This document shows positions 1 to 11,336 of a stretch of 32,000 nucleotides of DNA, piece after piece. The DNA is taken from contig NZ_PJBE01000013.1 in the NCBI RefSeq assembly GCF_002836205.1, positions 2,244,051 to 2,276,050 on the forward strand, given 5' to 3'. The stretch is from Shewanella sp. Choline-02u-19. GTDB lineage: Bacteria; Pseudomonadota; Gammaproteobacteria; Enterobacterales; Shewanellaceae. The translations under genes and the position numbers were made by a program. The notes below the pieces were generated by a model. It had not been told where the DNA came from. It saw only the letters and a program-made list of their open reading frames with translations, and did not search any database. How positions within the stretch are numbered: the stretch's first letter is position 1; every line of letters begins with the position of its first letter.

Positions 1-50
1 AGTGAAAGACCAACGGCCCTTAGTTACTCACCATAAGTTCAGGAGTTCAC

Positions 51-170
51 ATGAGAAAGAAAGCGATTAATAATATTGCAGCACGTCGCCGTACACAGCT
101 GAAAACGCGCCATTTAAAAACCTTAAATAGACAAAAACAGTTCTTCGTTTTTATTCGCCCTTCTGAGTGA
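51..170 (+). CDS. putative 39-aa basic small protein MRKKAINNIAARRRTQLKTRHLKTLNRQKQFFVFIRPSE
   Basis: ATG at 51 preceded by AGGAG with good spacing (ttcAGGAGttcacATG); open for 39 codons to TGA at 168-170. Below the size cut-off of the ORF track. Confidence 0.4.
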   Translation: MRKKAINNIAARRRTQLKTRHLKTLNRQKQFFVFIRPSE

Positions 171-299
171 TACCCATCGCATTAGGTATCCGGCCATTGT
201 TGATGGGGAAGATGTACTTCTATGGTGTTGTGGATGAGAATAACGAGATGCTGCAATTCACGCCTTGTATAAACCCATTTTGCCACATGAATAAATAGA

Positions 300-830
300 T
301 CATTTATTTAATTTGGCCGGTATCGCTTGCAGAGCATCTAGTTTAGCTAGGGCTTTAGCGGTTTTTTTCTCTTTTCTACGTCGCCTAAAAAAGGCACTTA
401 ACTGCTCAGCACATTCGGTTTCGAGCACACCAGATGTCACCTCCACCTGATGATTAAACGCACTGTGACGTACGATATCAATCACCGTCCCCGCAGCACC
501 GGTTTTTTCATCATTGGCACCAAACACCAACCGACTAATCCTTGAATGCACAATGGCGCCAGCGCACATAGCGCAAGGTTCTAATGTTACATACAAGGTG
601 CTATCTATTAGGCGATAATTTTCTAATACTTTACCCGCTTGGCGAATACACTGCATTTCTGCATGGGCGCTGGGATCATGCAAGCCAATACTAAAGTTAA
701 AACCGGCACTTATCACTTCACCCTCTTTGACTAATACCGCACCAACGGGCACCTCACCTTTTTCTTCAGCCTTAGTGGCCATCTCCATCGCCATCTTCAT
801 AAAACGGCTATCTTGTTCCTGCTGTGACAA
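300..830 (-). CDS. tadA: tRNA-specific adenosine deaminase TadA
   Basis: 176 aa with the HAE and PCAMCAGA zinc-deaminase motifs (DPSAHAEMQCIRQA, TLEPCAMCAGAIVHSRI). Confidence 0.95.
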   Translation of the reverse strand: MSQQEQDSRFMKMAMEMATKAEEKGEVPVGAVLVKEGEVISAGFNFSIGLHDPSAHAEMQCIRQAGKVLENYRLIDSTLYVTLEPCAMCAGAIVHSRISRLVFGANDEKTGAAGTVIDIVRHSAFNHQVEVTSGVLETECAEQLSAFFRRRRKEKKTAKALAKLDALQAIPAKLNK

Positions 831-975
831 TCGGTGCCCCTATTACGTTATAAAACCGCTCAATGCTATGTGACATCATTCCAATGCGACTAAAACACTT
901 AGCTTGGTTACTTTCATCGTCATTATACCAAGCTTTAATTCGTTACAAGTAACAATTTCCCCCCTCAGCCCTCCA

Positions 976-2907
976 CTAAATGCTCTCTAGCCACTTCACC
1001 TCATCAACCCGTTCACCAAAGAATGTCGCCCCAGCCACAGTATGATGACCATAGTCATAAAAGTATTTCTGATAATCATCATTAATGGCGTAACAGAGCT
1101 GTTTACGCTTATTGCAAACATAATCCATTCTATCGAGCACCCTAACAGTGGGGTATTTATCCCCAAGCCTAATTAAGGTCATATTTGCCTGCAGGGTAAA
1201 CTGCTTAAATTCTCGGTCAGAAAACTGCTCAAAATGTTTCTGATTGATTTTAGTAATATCGAGGCTAGAAACATTGTTACCACCTCGCTCCTTTAGCAAT
1301 AAGTGAAATAGAAAGTCTGCATAGGTACGCTGACCAAACTCCTCAAATTCATAAATATTTTTGACTAAAATTAGTTTTTTATTATCCGCAATCGAACGGG
1401 TAACGATGGTTTCGAGCTCAATAAGATCGGCAGGTTTATACTGAGATGCGAACATCACAACATCGGCCAAGAGGTAATTGGGTGAACGATAAAAAGTCTC
1501 ATCGATGTTACCTATCTGAGTGCCGAAACGTGCTATTTGAAATTGGCGCTGGGTGATGACGCTACTCGTAAGCACATTAAAAATGTCTTTAGAGTGCGAG
1601 TTCCCCACTATCAATAAACGCTTTCGGTCATCTTTAGTGTCAAACCACTGAGTCCTGTCATAGCTGTTCTTATCAACACCATAATCCTTATTACCACTGA
1701 GAGTGCGCAGTTGGCTCCAGCTATTGGCGCCAAGCTGTCGATTATCCGGCTGATAAGATTTCACCATTAAGTTCGAGTCAGCATCATTGGATTTATAGAG
1801 CTGATTTGCATCTACCAATAGGCCTGTCATTGCAAATGCCACCGTCAACACACCACCACTGGTGAAAATAAATCGCCGACTATAGGTCTGCTTATTCCTC
1901 AAAGGGACCTCAACAAAGCGCCAACTCAGGTATGACAGAGCAACAATAGCAATACACAGAGACAGCATCAGCCAATGTGAGGGTTCTGTAAAGCTGCGAT
2001 ACTTAACCAATGCAAATATAGGCTGATGCCATAGATAAGCACTATAACTTATCAGCCCAATACCGACAAAAAACTGCCGACTTAAAAGCTGCTGCACCAA
2101 GGTGCCATTTTTGGCAAACAGAATAATCAACACCGTTCCAAGAGTGGGAATTAACGCGTACAAACTTGGAAAGGGAGTAGTGGAATCGAAAATGAAAATT
2201 GAAAATAGCACTAACAGCAAACCCAATATGCTCAGCAGGTTATTCAGCTTTTCTGGCAATAACTTATATTTCTCTTGCTGGAGGCTAAACGCCGCAAAAA
2301 CACCGATGAGTAGTTCCCAACCTCGCGTAGGCAACAAGTAAAAGTTTGCTGACGGCGCATTATATGCTGCCCATTGTGCTAAAGATAAACTAGCCAAGAA
2401 AATCAGCACCAATGCGCCAAGAATGACACGTTTGCTTTTACCCCATAACATCATTAAGAACAAAGGAAAGAAAATATAATATTGCTCTTCAACCGCTAAA
2501 CTCCAAGTATGCAACAAGGGTTTTAGCTCGGCGGCGGTATCAAAATAATCACTCTCTAGCCAAAAGAGGATATTAGACGAAAAAGTAGATACTGCGACAA
2601 TGCTTTGAAAGAAGTCTTTAAGGTCCAGCGGCATTAACCATAGCCAGGCGAAAGGAATACAGCAAAACATGACAAAAAACAGCACCGGTAAAATCCTTCT
2701 GGCCCTGCGTTCATAGAAGTTAATAATGCTAAATTTGTCCTGCTCGAGTTCAGCCAAAATAATACTGGTGATCAGGTAGCCGCTAATGACAAAAAATACA
2801 TCGACCCCCACAAAACCACCGCTAAACTGAGTAAAGCCAGCATGAAATAAGATAACGGGAATAACGGCAACCGCCCTTAAACCATCGATTTCAGCTCTAT
2901 AACGCAT
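976..2907 (-). CDS. acyltransferase 3 family protein (OafA/YrhL-like) with C-terminal SGNH-like domain
   Basis: 643 aa; N-terminal MRYRAEIDGLRAVAVIPVILFHAG..GGFVGVDVFFVISGYLIT is the classic acyltransferase-3 signature, followed by many TM segments and a C-terminal soluble domain (VGNSHSKD..., DYGHHTVAGA). Confidence 0.9.
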   Translation of the reverse strand: MRYRAEIDGLRAVAVIPVILFHAGFTQFSGGFVGVDVFFVISGYLITSIILAELEQDKFSIINFYERRARRILPVLFFVMFCCIPFAWLWLMPLDLKDFFQSIVAVSTFSSNILFWLESDYFDTAAELKPLLHTWSLAVEEQYYIFFPLFLMMLWGKSKRVILGALVLIFLASLSLAQWAAYNAPSANFYLLPTRGWELLIGVFAAFSLQQEKYKLLPEKLNNLLSILGLLLVLFSIFIFDSTTPFPSLYALIPTLGTVLIILFAKNGTLVQQLLSRQFFVGIGLISYSAYLWHQPIFALVKYRSFTEPSHWLMLSLCIAIVALSYLSWRFVEVPLRNKQTYSRRFIFTSGGVLTVAFAMTGLLVDANQLYKSNDADSNLMVKSYQPDNRQLGANSWSQLRTLSGNKDYGVDKNSYDRTQWFDTKDDRKRLLIVGNSHSKDIFNVLTSSVITQRQFQIARFGTQIGNIDETFYRSPNYLLADVVMFASQYKPADLIELETIVTRSIADNKKLILVKNIYEFEEFGQRTYADFLFHLLLKERGGNNVSSLDITKINQKHFEQFSDREFKQFTLQANMTLIRLGDKYPTVRVLDRMDYVCNKRKQLCYAINDDYQKYFYDYGHHTVAGATFFGERVDEVKWLESI

Positions 2908-2991
2908 AGGCTAGCTCCTGCTAATCAATCCCAATCCGTTAAATTAGTATAAGAAACATCGGTTTGTTTCGCTTACAAATCGCGCTAATAA

Positions 2992-3025
2992 AAAAACGCG
3001 CACATATTACTATGTGCGCGTTTTT
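2992..3025 (-). terminator. Rho-independent terminator downstream of guaA (likely bidirectional)
   Basis: Inverted repeat AAAAACGCGCACAT / ATGTGCGCGTTTTT with a 6-nt loop. Confidence 0.85.
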
Positions 3026-3060
3026 ATTTTGACTAACAGTTAGGCGTTATCCGTTACGGA

Positions 3061-4638
3061 TTATTCCCACTCAATCGTTGCAGGTGGCTTACCTGAAATG
3101 TCGTAGACAACACGCGAAATGCCGTCAACTTCGTTGATGATTCGATTAGATACGCGACCTAAGAAATCATACGGTAAATGCGCCCAATGAGCTGTCATAA
3201 AGTCGATAGTTTCTACCGCACGTAAAGACACAACCCAATCGTACTTACGACCATCGCCCATCACGCCAACAGAACGTACCGGCAGGAACACAGTGAACGC
3301 TTGGCTCACTTTGTTGTAAAGGTCAGCACTGTGCAGTTCTTCAATGAAAATCGCATCCGCTAGACGCAATAAATCACAGTACTCTTTCTTTACTTCACCC
3401 AACACGCGCACACCAAGACCCGGTCCTGGGAATGGGTGACGATAAAGCATGTCATACGGCAGACCGAGTTCTAAACCAATCTTGCGCACTTCATCTTTAA
3501 ATAACTCACGCAGTGGCTCAACAAGGCCCATTTCCATATCGTCTGGCAAACCGCCAACGTTATGGTGTGATTTAATCACGTGCGCTTTACCTGTGGCACT
3601 ACCAGCAGATTCAATGACATCAGGGTAAATAGTGCCTTGAGCAAGCCATTTTGCATTAGCGCATTTCTTTGATTCTTCATCGAAGATCTCAACGAAAACA
3701 CGACCAATGATTTTACGTTTTGCTTCAGGATCCGCTTCGCCAGCCATTTGTTCTAAGAAACGGTGTTCAGCATTCACATGAACAATGTTAAGTCCAAAGT
3801 GATCGCCAAACATATCCATCACTTGCTCAGCCTCGTTTAAACGTAAAAGACCGTTATCAACGAACACACAAGTCAACTTATCGCCAATCGCACGATGAAG
3901 TAGCATAGCCACAACCGATGAATCAACACCACCCGATAAACCTAAGATAACTTCATCGTTACCGATCTGTTTTTTAAGTTTCTCAATGGCATCTTCAATA
4001 ATTGAAGACGGTTTCCAGTTAGCATCACAGCCACAGATCTCAAGGGCGAAATGCTCAAGCATGCGCTTACCTTGACGAGTGTGAGTCACTTCTGGGTGGA
4101 ACTGCACGCCGTAGAACTTTTTGTCTTCATTCGCCATCGCGGCAAACGGACATGTCTCGGTTTTTGCTACAGTAACAAAACCTTCAGGAATTTCAGATAC
4201 CTTGTCGCCGTGACTCATCCATACGTCAAGCAGAGGCTTACCAATGTCACTGACCGCATCTTCGATGCTTTTGAACAATGCTGATTCGGTTTGAATTTCT
4301 ATTTGCGCATAACCAAACTCACCTTCACCCACACCTTGAATCACTTTACCGCCAAGCTGCTCAGACATGGTTTGCATGCCGTAACAAATCCCCAGTACTG
4401 GAACGCCTGCGTTAAATACATATTCTGGTGCACGAGGAGAGCTGTCTGCAGTCACACTTTCTGGACCACCGGCTAAGATAATGCCGTTGGGTGCATATTC
4501 ACGAATTTGTTCTTCGGAAACATCCCAAGCCCAAAGTTCACAATAAACACCGATTTCACGAATACGGCGGGCAATCAATTGGGTGTATTGAGATCCAAAA
4601 TCGAGGATGAGGATCTTATGCTCATGAATATTGTTCAT
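3061..4638 (-). CDS. guaA: GMP synthase (glutamine-hydrolysing)
   Basis: 525 aa; GATase class I ([22 protein letters not shown]-like GICYGMQTM) and PP-loop ATPase ([17 protein letters not shown]); C-terminus [12 protein letters not shown]. Confidence 0.98.
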   Translation of the reverse strand: MNNIHEHKILILDFGSQYTQLIARRIREIGVYCELWAWDVSEEQIREYAPNGIILAGGPESVTADSSPRAPEYVFNAGVPVLGICYGMQTMSEQLGGKVIQGVGEGEFGYAQIEIQTESALFKSIEDAVSDIGKPLLDVWMSHGDKVSEIPEGFVTVAKTETCPFAAMANEDKKFYGVQFHPEVTHTRQGKRMLEHFALEICGCDANWKPSSIIEDAIEKLKKQIGNDEVILGLSGGVDSSVVAMLLHRAIGDKLTCVFVDNGLLRLNEAEQVMDMFGDHFGLNIVHVNAEHRFLEQMAGEADPEAKRKIIGRVFVEIFDEESKKCANAKWLAQGTIYPDVIESAGSATGKAHVIKSHHNVGGLPDDMEMGLVEPLRELFKDEVRKIGLELGLPYDMLYRHPFPGPGLGVRVLGEVKKEYCDLLRLADAIFIEELHSADLYNKVSQAFTVFLPVRSVGVMGDGRKYDWVVSLRAVETIDFMTAHWAHLPYDFLGRVSNRIINEVDGISRVVYDISGKPPATIEWE

Positions 4639-4726
4639 GGGGTACCTTATCTTTATATTTAACTAAATTCTTAATCTTACGTAGAGGTCTTGCGTCGCGA
4701 TGAGGCTAGCCAATGTCCACATAAAT

Positions 4727-4753
4727 AAAAGGCGACAGTCACAGTCGCCTTTT
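4727..4753 (-). terminator. hairpin/terminator between guaB and guaA
   Basis: AAAAGGCGACAGTCACAGTCGCCTTTT inverted repeat in the guaB-guaA intergenic region. Confidence 0.65.
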
Positions 4754-4759
4754 CAAACC

Positions 4760-6232
4760 TTACGAGCCGAAACTGTAGTTCGGCGCTTCTTTGCTGATAG
4801 TCACATCATGCACATGAGACTCGCCCATACCTGCTGAGGTAATTTTCACAAATTCTGCTTTTTCATTAAGATCTTTAATGGTCGCACAGCCCGTTAGGCC
4901 CATGCATGAACGCAAACCGCCCATGTGCTGGTGAATGATCTCTTTAAGCTTACCTTTGTAAGCAACGCGACCTTCAATACCTTCTGGCACCAATTTGTCT
5001 GCAGCGTTATCGCTTTGGAAATAACGGTCAGACGAACCTTGTGTTTGCGTCATTGCGCCAAGAGAGCCCATACCGCGGTATGACTTATAAGCGCGGCCGT
5101 TATATAGCTCAGTCTCGCCTGGTGCTTCATCAGTACCTGCAAACATAGAACCCGCCATGATGCATGATGCACCGGCAGCGAGTGCTTTAGCCAAATCACC
5201 AGAGAAGCGAATACCGCCATCGGCAATAACGGGGATATTAAGGTGCTTAACCGCGGCAGCAGCGTCAGAAACAGCAGTAATCTGCGGCACACCAACACCG
5301 GTGACGATACGAGTAGTACAGATAGAACCAGGGCCAATACCGACTTTAACCGCGTTAACGCCCGCTTCAACCAGTGCTAATGCACCTTCAGCTGTGGCAA
5401 CGTTACCGCCAACAATTTGTAAGTCAGGGTATTTGGCACGGGTATCACGAATACGCTGCAGAACGCCTTCAGAGTGACCATGAGATGAATCGATAAGCAG
5501 TATATCAACACCGGCGATAACAAGTGCGTCAACACGCTCTTCATTACCTGGGCCAGCGCCAACGGCAGCGCCAACACGTAATCGACCTAATTCGTCTTTA
5601 CAGGCGTTAGGCTTACGCTCAGCTTTTTGGAAATCTTTAACCGTGATAAGACCTTTAAGCTTAAAGTTACTGTCAACAACAAGTACTTTCTCAACACGGT
5701 GAGAATGCATCAGCGTTTGAACTTCATCAAGCTTGGTGCCTTCAGGCACGGTCACAAGGCGATCTTTAGGGGTCATCACCTGATCAACAGTACGGCTCCA
5801 ATCAGTAACAAAGCGAACATCACGGCCAGTAATAATACCGACAAGTTCGTGTGCGTCATTAACGACTGGGTAACCCGCAAAACCGTTTTTAATCGTGAGA
5901 ACTTTAAGATCGGCAAGGGTGGTGGTTGGCGTTACAGTGACTGGCTGTTGAACAATGCCCGCTTCGTAAATTTTTACTTTGCGCACTTCTTCAGCTTGTT
6001 GCTCAATCGTCATATTTTTATGAATAAATCCTAAACCACCTTCCTGAGCAATCGCAATTGCTAAGCGTGCTTCTGTGACGGTATCCATCGCAGCTGACAC
6101 TATAGGCGTGTTTAGTTCTATCGTATTGGTTAGACGTGTTTTGACAACGGCAGTATTTGGGAGGACGGTGGAGTGCGCAGGAACTAGCAACACATCATCA
6201 AACGTTAGCGCTTCTTTCTTCAATCTTAACAT
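4760..6232 (-). CDS. guaB: inosine-5'-monophosphate dehydrogenase (start reassigned from 6247 to the ATG at 6232)
   Basis: [21 protein letters not shown] start; tandem CBS domains; IMPDH catalytic motif [17 protein letters not shown]. The track ORF adds 5 upstream codons that do not match the family start. Confidence 0.97.
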   Translation of the reverse strand: MLRLKKEALTFDDVLLVPAHSTVLPNTAVVKTRLTNTIELNTPIVSAAMDTVTEARLAIAIAQEGGLGFIHKNMTIEQQAEEVRKVKIYEAGIVQQPVTVTPTTTLADLKVLTIKNGFAGYPVVNDAHELVGIITGRDVRFVTDWSRTVDQVMTPKDRLVTVPEGTKLDEVQTLMHSHRVEKVLVVDSNFKLKGLITVKDFQKAERKPNACKDELGRLRVGAAVGAGPGNEERVDALVIAGVDILLIDSSHGHSEGVLQRIRDTRAKYPDLQIVGGNVATAEGALALVEAGVNAVKVGIGPGSICTTRIVTGVGVPQITAVSDAAAAVKHLNIPVIADGGIRFSGDLAKALAAGASCIMAGSMFAGTDEAPGETELYNGRAYKSYRGMGSLGAMTQTQGSSDRYFQSDNAADKLVPEGIEGRVAYKGKLKEIIHQHMGGLRSCMGLTGCATIKDLNEKAEFVKITSAGMGESHVHDVTISKEAPNYSFGS

Positions 6233-6351
6233 GCAACATCTCCCCAAGAGAGTAGGATTTAGAGGTGAAATATTGCGGCGAGATTATACCTTGCATATCT
6301 GGGTTGGTAAATGGAAAATAGGCATTAATTAGCATTTAGTGTGAAATAATC

Positions 6352-7689
6352 ATGAAAACCGCAAAAAACAACGTTTACACGGTCTCTCGGCTCAATGGTG
6401 AAGTAAGACAGCTCCTTGAGGGACAGTTGGGCCGAATTTGGCTAAATGCTGAGATTTCAAATTTTGCCGCCCCCGGTTCTGGCCACTGGTATTTGACCTT
6501 AAAAGACAATGCTTCGCAGATACGCTGCGCCATGTTTAAAGGCCGCAATCAAGCAGTGACTTTTCGTCCGGTCAATGGTCAGCAAGTATTAGTTAAGGGC
6601 AATATTAGCGTTTATGAGCCAAGAGGCGATTATCAGCTACTCATAGAATCTATGCTCCCCGCAGGTGACGGTTTATTAGCTCAGCAGTATGAAGCGTTAA
6701 AGATGAAGCTCGCGGCCGAAGGCATGTTTGCTGCAGACACTAAACGTCCATTACCCAAAAACATTCAACGAATAGGCGTGGTCACCTCCCCTACTGGCGC
6801 GGCTATTCGCGATATCTTGCATGTATTAGCAAGGCGTGATTCCTCAGTGGAAGTCATCATCTACCCAACCCCAGTGCAAGGCGTTGCTGCCGCGAAAAGT
6901 ATCTGCAGCGCCATCAACCTCGCCAACACCCGCGCTGAAGTTGATGTACTGCTCGTCACCCGTGGAGGGGGCTCATTAGAGGATTTGTGGTGCTTTAACG
7001 ACGAAGGGTTAGCACACACTATCTACAACAGTGGCATTCCAGTAGTGTCCGCCGTCGGTCATGAAGTCGATACGACCATCAGTGATTATGTCGCCGATCT
7101 TCGTGCCCCTACCCCATCCGCCGGTGCCGAGCTATTATCAAACGATGCCGACAACAAAGCGCAAAAGCTCACCGCAGTATTGTCACGCTTAAAGCAAAGT
7201 TGGCAGCATTATCAGTTAAAGCAGCAAAGTCGACTGCAAACCGCAGAGCACCACCTGCAAAAGCAAGATCCGCAGCGCCGCTTGCAAACCTATGAACAAA
7301 CCTTTGATGAGATGCAATTAAGACTGCAAAAAGCGATGCAATCAAAACTGCATGGTTTGACGTTAAAGCAGCAACAACTCAGTAGCCGACTCGACAATCA
7401 ATCGCCGCAACATCGATTAGATTTAGAGAGCCAACGTTTAAGCTATTTGGGCGACAAACTCACCGCGCTAATGACAGATAAGTTAAACATGAGCGAGCAA
7501 CGTATCGCCCATCGCGCTCAGCAGTTAGACACAGTGAGTCCACTGGCGACATTAAGCCGAGGGTATAGTATTACCCTAAATGGCGAAGGTAAGGTGCTAC
7601 AGGCGGCTGACGACACTATTGTAGGTGATACGCTGACCACACGTTTGCGAGATGGAAGTGTGAGCTCGACGGTTATTGAGGTGGGGTAA
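6352..7689 (+). CDS. xseA: exodeoxyribonuclease VII large subunit
   Basis: 445 aa; [34 protein letters not shown]-fold start, [61 protein letters not shown]. Confidence 0.97.
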   Translation: MKTAKNNVYTVSRLNGEVRQLLEGQLGRIWLNAEISNFAAPGSGHWYLTLKDNASQIRCAMFKGRNQAVTFRPVNGQQVLVKGNISVYEPRGDYQLLIESMLPAGDGLLAQQYEALKMKLAAEGMFAADTKRPLPKNIQRIGVVTSPTGAAIRDILHVLARRDSSVEVIIYPTPVQGVAAAKSICSAINLANTRAEVDVLLVTRGGGSLEDLWCFNDEGLAHTIYNSGIPVVSAVGHEVDTTISDYVADLRAPTPSAGAELLSNDADNKAQKLTAVLSRLKQSWQHYQLKQQSRLQTAEHHLQKQDPQRRLQTYEQTFDEMQLRLQKAMQSKLHGLTLKQQQLSSRLDNQSPQHRLDLESQRLSYLGDKLTALMTDKLNMSEQRIAHRAQQLDTVSPLATLSRGYSITLNGEGKVLQAADDTIVGDTLTTRLRDGSVSSTVIEVG

Positions 7690-7876
7690 CCTGTTGCAGA
7701 TTCTATCTTCACTTGAGAAGGCATGTTCAAAATTCGTTTGAAAATTAACGTACAGCTAATCAAACTTCGTTTGAAAATCAAAGTCGTGGTGCTTCGCCCA
7801 CTCCTGAGTTTTACAGCCATAAGCAATCAAACTCTTTTGTAAAAACAGAAGCTAACCTTTAAACCCCAAGCAACAA

Positions 7877-7900
7877 AAAAGGAACCCTAGGGTTCCTTTT
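7877..7900. terminator. bidirectional intrinsic terminator between convergent xseA and der
   Basis: Perfect 24-bp palindrome AAAAGGAACCCTAGGGTTCCTTTT. Confidence 0.85.
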
Positions 7901-7941
7901 AGTATCAACTTGCTATCAAGCAAAGAGCAAAAAGCAAAGAA

Positions 7942-9417
7942 TTAATCTTCTTTCTTCTTGTCACGGATATGAGACGTCATACGTTTACGACGACGCTCTT
8001 GACCTACTGTCAGCTTCTTAGTGTGCATGCCCTCAAACGGGTTTTCACCATCTTGGAAACGGATCTGGATCGGTGTACCCATCACTTTAAGTGAACGACG
8101 GTAGTAGTTCATCATATAGCGCTTGTATGAATCAGGTAGCTTCTTAACCTGGTTACCGTGAACAACTACAATAGGAGGGTTGTAACCACCAGCGTGAGCG
8201 TATTTAAGCTTCACACGGCGACCTCTAACCAATGGAGGCTGGTGATCGTCTTGTGCCATTTGCATAATACGCGTCAACATTGCCGTGCTTACGCGGTTAG
8301 TTGCACTGTCGTATGCTTCTTCAACTGACTCATATAAATGGCCAACACCGGTACCGTGCAATGCAGAGATAAAGTGAATACGGGCAAAGTCGATGAAGCC
8401 TAAACGGCGGTCGAGTTCGCTCTTAACACGTTCTTTTATCTCTTGATCGACTCCGTCCCACTTGTTGACGGCAATAACGAGTGCTCGACCAGCGTTAAGT
8501 GTAAAACCAAGTAGACCTAAGTCTTGCTCAGCAATACCTTCGCGGGCATCAATAATAAGCAGTACCACGTTACAGTCTTCAATGGCTTTCAAGGTTTTAA
8601 TAACCGAGAACTTCTCAACCGTTTCATGTACTTTACTGCGGCGACGAACACCTGCAGTATCAATTAACACATACTCACGACCTTCACGTTCCATTGGAAT
8701 GTAAATACTGTCGCGGGTGGTGCCTGGCTCGTCATACACAACAACGCGTTCTTCACCTAAAATACGGTTGATTAGCGTTGATTTACCTACGTTAGGCTTA
8801 CCAATAATAGCAAGTTTGATCGGTAAGTCTTGTAGACGTTTCTGCTCAACTTCGGCTTCTTCTTCCGTGTATTCACGCTCTTCTTCGTCCTCTTCGCCTT
8901 CACCCTGCTTGGTGATCCCCATCGCTTCCGCGTAAGGTGCTAAAGAGTACTCAATCATGTTCGTTACACCACGACCTTGCGCCGCGGCCATTTGGTAAAC
9001 TTCACCAAGACCCAACGACCAAAATTCAGCACACGCTGAATCGGCATCGACGCCGTCAACTTTGTTGGCGACTACGAATGTGGTTTTTTCACGGCTACGT
9101 AGGTGCTGCGCGATCGCTAAATCGGCTGCGGTTAAACCTGCGCGAGCATCAGTCATAAACAGGACTACGTCAGCTTCTTCAATAGCCGCTAACGACTGTT
9201 CAGCCATACGGGTTTCAATCCCCTCTTCAGTGCCATCGATACCACCAGTATCAACCACAATGAACTCATAGCCAGACAAGTGCGCTCGGCCGTACTTACG
9301 ATCCCGAGTTAGCCCAGGAAAATCTGCCACTAAGGCATCTCTGGTACGGGTAAGTCTGTTAAAAAGGGTCGACTTACCAACATTCGGTCGCCCAACAAGG
9401 GCCACAACAGGAATCAT
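7942..9417 (-). CDS. der: ribosome biogenesis GTPase Der (EngA)
   Basis: 491 aa with two GTPase domains ([15 protein letters not shown] and [14 protein letters not shown]) and a C-terminal KH-like domain. Confidence 0.98.
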   Translation of the reverse strand: MIPVVALVGRPNVGKSTLFNRLTRTRDALVADFPGLTRDRKYGRAHLSGYEFIVVDTGGIDGTEEGIETRMAEQSLAAIEEADVVLFMTDARAGLTAADLAIAQHLRSREKTTFVVANKVDGVDADSACAEFWSLGLGEVYQMAAAQGRGVTNMIEYSLAPYAEAMGITKQGEGEEDEEEREYTEEEAEVEQKRLQDLPIKLAIIGKPNVGKSTLINRILGEERVVVYDEPGTTRDSIYIPMEREGREYVLIDTAGVRRRSKVHETVEKFSVIKTLKAIEDCNVVLLIIDAREGIAEQDLGLLGFTLNAGRALVIAVNKWDGVDQEIKERVKSELDRRLGFIDFARIHFISALHGTGVGHLYESVEEAYDSATNRVSTAMLTRIMQMAQDDHQPPLVRGRRVKLKYAHAGGYNPPIVVVHGNQVKKLPDSYKRYMMNYYRRSLKVMGTPIQIRFQDGENPFEGMHTKKLTVGQERRRKRMTSHIRDKKKED

Positions 9418-9451
9418 TTAATTGCCTCTATTACTCATTTCTATTAACTAA

Positions 9452-9482
9452 AAAGCCCCCGGAATACACATCCAGGGGCCTT
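9452..9482 (-). terminator. hairpin/terminator-like element between bamB and der
   Basis: AAAGCCCCCGG ... CCAGGGGCCTT inverted repeat, read as GGCCCCTGG...CCGGGGGCTTTTT on the minus strand. Confidence 0.6.
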
Positions 9483-9502
9483 ATCATGTCTAACAATTCG
9501 GC

Positions 9503-10690
9503 TTACGGAAGTGTAACTCGAACTATTTGTCCGTCACGAGTCTGCACATACAAGTTGTCTTTAACAACAAGTGGCTGACTGTATAAACCGGAACTATCTA
9601 CTTGAACACGCCCGACTATTTTACCATCAGACTTGTTTAAAAAATGTAGGTAACCTTCAAAATCACCCACAACGACGTAGTCTTTAAACGACACTGCCGC
9701 GGTTAAATTACGGTTTGCTAGCTCAACATTATTCCATAACTCTAGACCATTTCGTCTATCAACAGAGTAAATACGGCTATGGTCATCAACAACAAACAAG
9801 CTTGCACCTGAATAAGCTAACTCATGAAAGCTTGAATACTTACGCGTCCAAACAACACGACCCGTGCGCATCTCCATTGAGACAAGGTTACCGTTGTAAC
9901 TCACTGCGTAGAGGTTTTCACCCACTAGCAAGGGTTTCATATCAACGTCAGCCATACGAGAAAACTCATTACCGCCAGCTGGCGTATAAATCGCTTGTGC
10001 CCATGCAGCCTGACCGTTGGTTTTAATCACTACTGCGATTTTACCATCAGCAGTACCTACAAAGAAACCACCCGCATCATAAGCTGCTGAGCCTGTGCCG
10101 CGTAAAGTTAATGTTGGCAGTTGGTTTTCATAAACCCAACGTTTTTCGCCATCATCAACATTGAAAGCTTCTAACGTACCTGAACCGGTATTAACCACAA
10201 CTAAGTCGTCGCCAACCGTTGGGGCTGATAACACTTCACCGCCTGCAATAACGTGCCATACAGGTTCACCTGTTTCAGCATCAAATGCTGCAACAAGGCC
10301 ACTTTCGCCACCGACAAAGACTTTGTTTCGTGCCGCGGTAACACCACCGGCTAAACGTGCGCCTTTGTTTTTAGCGAGAATGTTATCTCTAAAGATTGAG
10401 CTAAAATCGTTATCCCACACTTTTTTGCCTGTGGCTTCATCAAAAGCAACGACTTTACCGTAGCGGTCAGCAACAAAAATTTTATCATAACGCGCCGCTG
10501 GACGTAGGCGTGAATAATAATCACCCACACCAGCACCGACATTAGCGCTCCAGGTGACTTCTGGAAAAACGCTTGCTTCAATTTCTGTAAGCGGAGAAAC
10601 GGGCTCTTCCTCAACATCGTTCGATGCACACGCAGACAGCATTCCTATGCTCAATCCACATGCGAATAGTGTTTTGCACCAAGACTTCAT
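9503..10690 (-). CDS. bamB: outer membrane protein assembly factor BamB (lipoprotein, beta-propeller)
   Basis: 395 aa; signal peptide with lipobox (CGLSIGMLSACASND), PQQ-like repeats (GKVVAFDEATGKKVWDN, VGGESGLVAAFDAETGEPVW); position yfgM-bamB-der. Confidence 0.95.
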   Translation of the reverse strand: MKSWCKTLFACGLSIGMLSACASNDVEEEPVSPLTEIEASVFPEVTWSANVGAGVGDYYSRLRPAARYDKIFVADRYGKVVAFDEATGKKVWDNDFSSIFRDNILAKNKGARLAGGVTAARNKVFVGGESGLVAAFDAETGEPVWHVIAGGEVLSAPTVGDDLVVVNTGSGTLEAFNVDDGEKRWVYENQLPTLTLRGTGSAAYDAGGFFVGTADGKIAVVIKTNGQAAWAQAIYTPAGGNEFSRMADVDMKPLLVGENLYAVSYNGNLVSMEMRTGRVVWTRKYSSFHELAYSGASLFVVDDHSRIYSVDRRNGLELWNNVELANRNLTAAVSFKDYVVVGDFEGYLHFLNKSDGKIVGRVQVDSSGLYSQPLVVKDNLYVQTRDGQIVRVTLP

Positions 10691-10701
10691 GGGCAGATTC
10701 C

Positions 10702-11322
10702 TTATGCCTTGTTCAAATTATCAAGCTTCATTTGCAATGTTGGACTACTCATAGTGCCACCATTTTCTACTGCAGCTTGATAGGCAAGCTTAGCCTTGTC
10801 GGTTTCACCTTGGCGAACCAAGAAATCACCTTTTAATTCATCTCTTTGTGCTGCTGAAGCAACATCTTTGATCTGCTCAAGCGTAGTAATCGCTGTCGCA
10901 TATTGACCTTGCTCTGCTTGCACGCGTGCAAGACGCATGGTTGCTACAAGCACGATGCTACTATCGGCATTAACCGCAATCACATTTTTAAGTGTGGCTT
11001 CGGCTTTTTCCAAATCACCCGTTTCAACGGCTGACTTAGCGACCATAAGCTCTAATAAAGACTGATAGCCTTTTTGACCATGTTCTTTAGCAAACGTATC
11101 TGCAGCGCTTAGCATTGCTGCATCAGCTGTATTTTGACTGCTTAGTGCCTGAAAAGACTCTGAAGCGGCTTCAGCTTGAGCTAACTGATAGTCGGAATAA
11201 TAGTTCCAACCAAATAATCCACCTAAACCGACAACAGCACCTACGACAATTGAACTACCGTAATCTTTCCAAAACTGTTTGATAGCATCTACTTGTTGTT
11301 CTTCTGTGCTATAGACTTCCAC
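10702..11322 (-). CDS. yfgM: YfgM family tetratricopeptide membrane protein
   Basis: 206 aa; MEVYSTEEQQVDAIKQFWKDYGSSIVVGAVVGLGGLFGWNYY start with a single TM; hisS-yfgM-bamB synteny. Confidence 0.9.
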   Translation of the reverse strand: MEVYSTEEQQVDAIKQFWKDYGSSIVVGAVVGLGGLFGWNYYSDYQLAQAEAASESFQALSSQNTADAAMLSAADTFAKEHGQKGYQSLLELMVAKSAVETGDLEKAEATLKNVIAVNADSSIVLVATMRLARVQAEQGQYATAITTLEQIKDVASAAQRDELKGDFLVRQGETDKAKLAYQAAVENGGTMSSPTLQMKLDNLNKA

Positions 11323-11336
11323 GTGTACTTCCCCTT

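Noticed and set aside
4051-4476. Track ORFs on the plus strand inside guaA (77 and 61 aa)
   Set aside because: Antisense shadow ORFs inside a strongly supported housekeeping gene; low-complexity, no RBS or domain pattern.
5050-6332. ORFs of 66-135 aa overlapping guaB and its upstream region
   Set aside because: They lie inside or antisense to guaB with composition typical of shadow frames.
8876-8960. Very acidic insert [23 protein letters not shown] between the two Der GTPase domains
   Set aside because: An acidic linker between G-domains is common in gammaproteobacterial Der; not evidence of a novel domain.
8462-9271. Several small ORFs inside der
   Set aside because: Overlap both GTPase domains of Der; no independent support.
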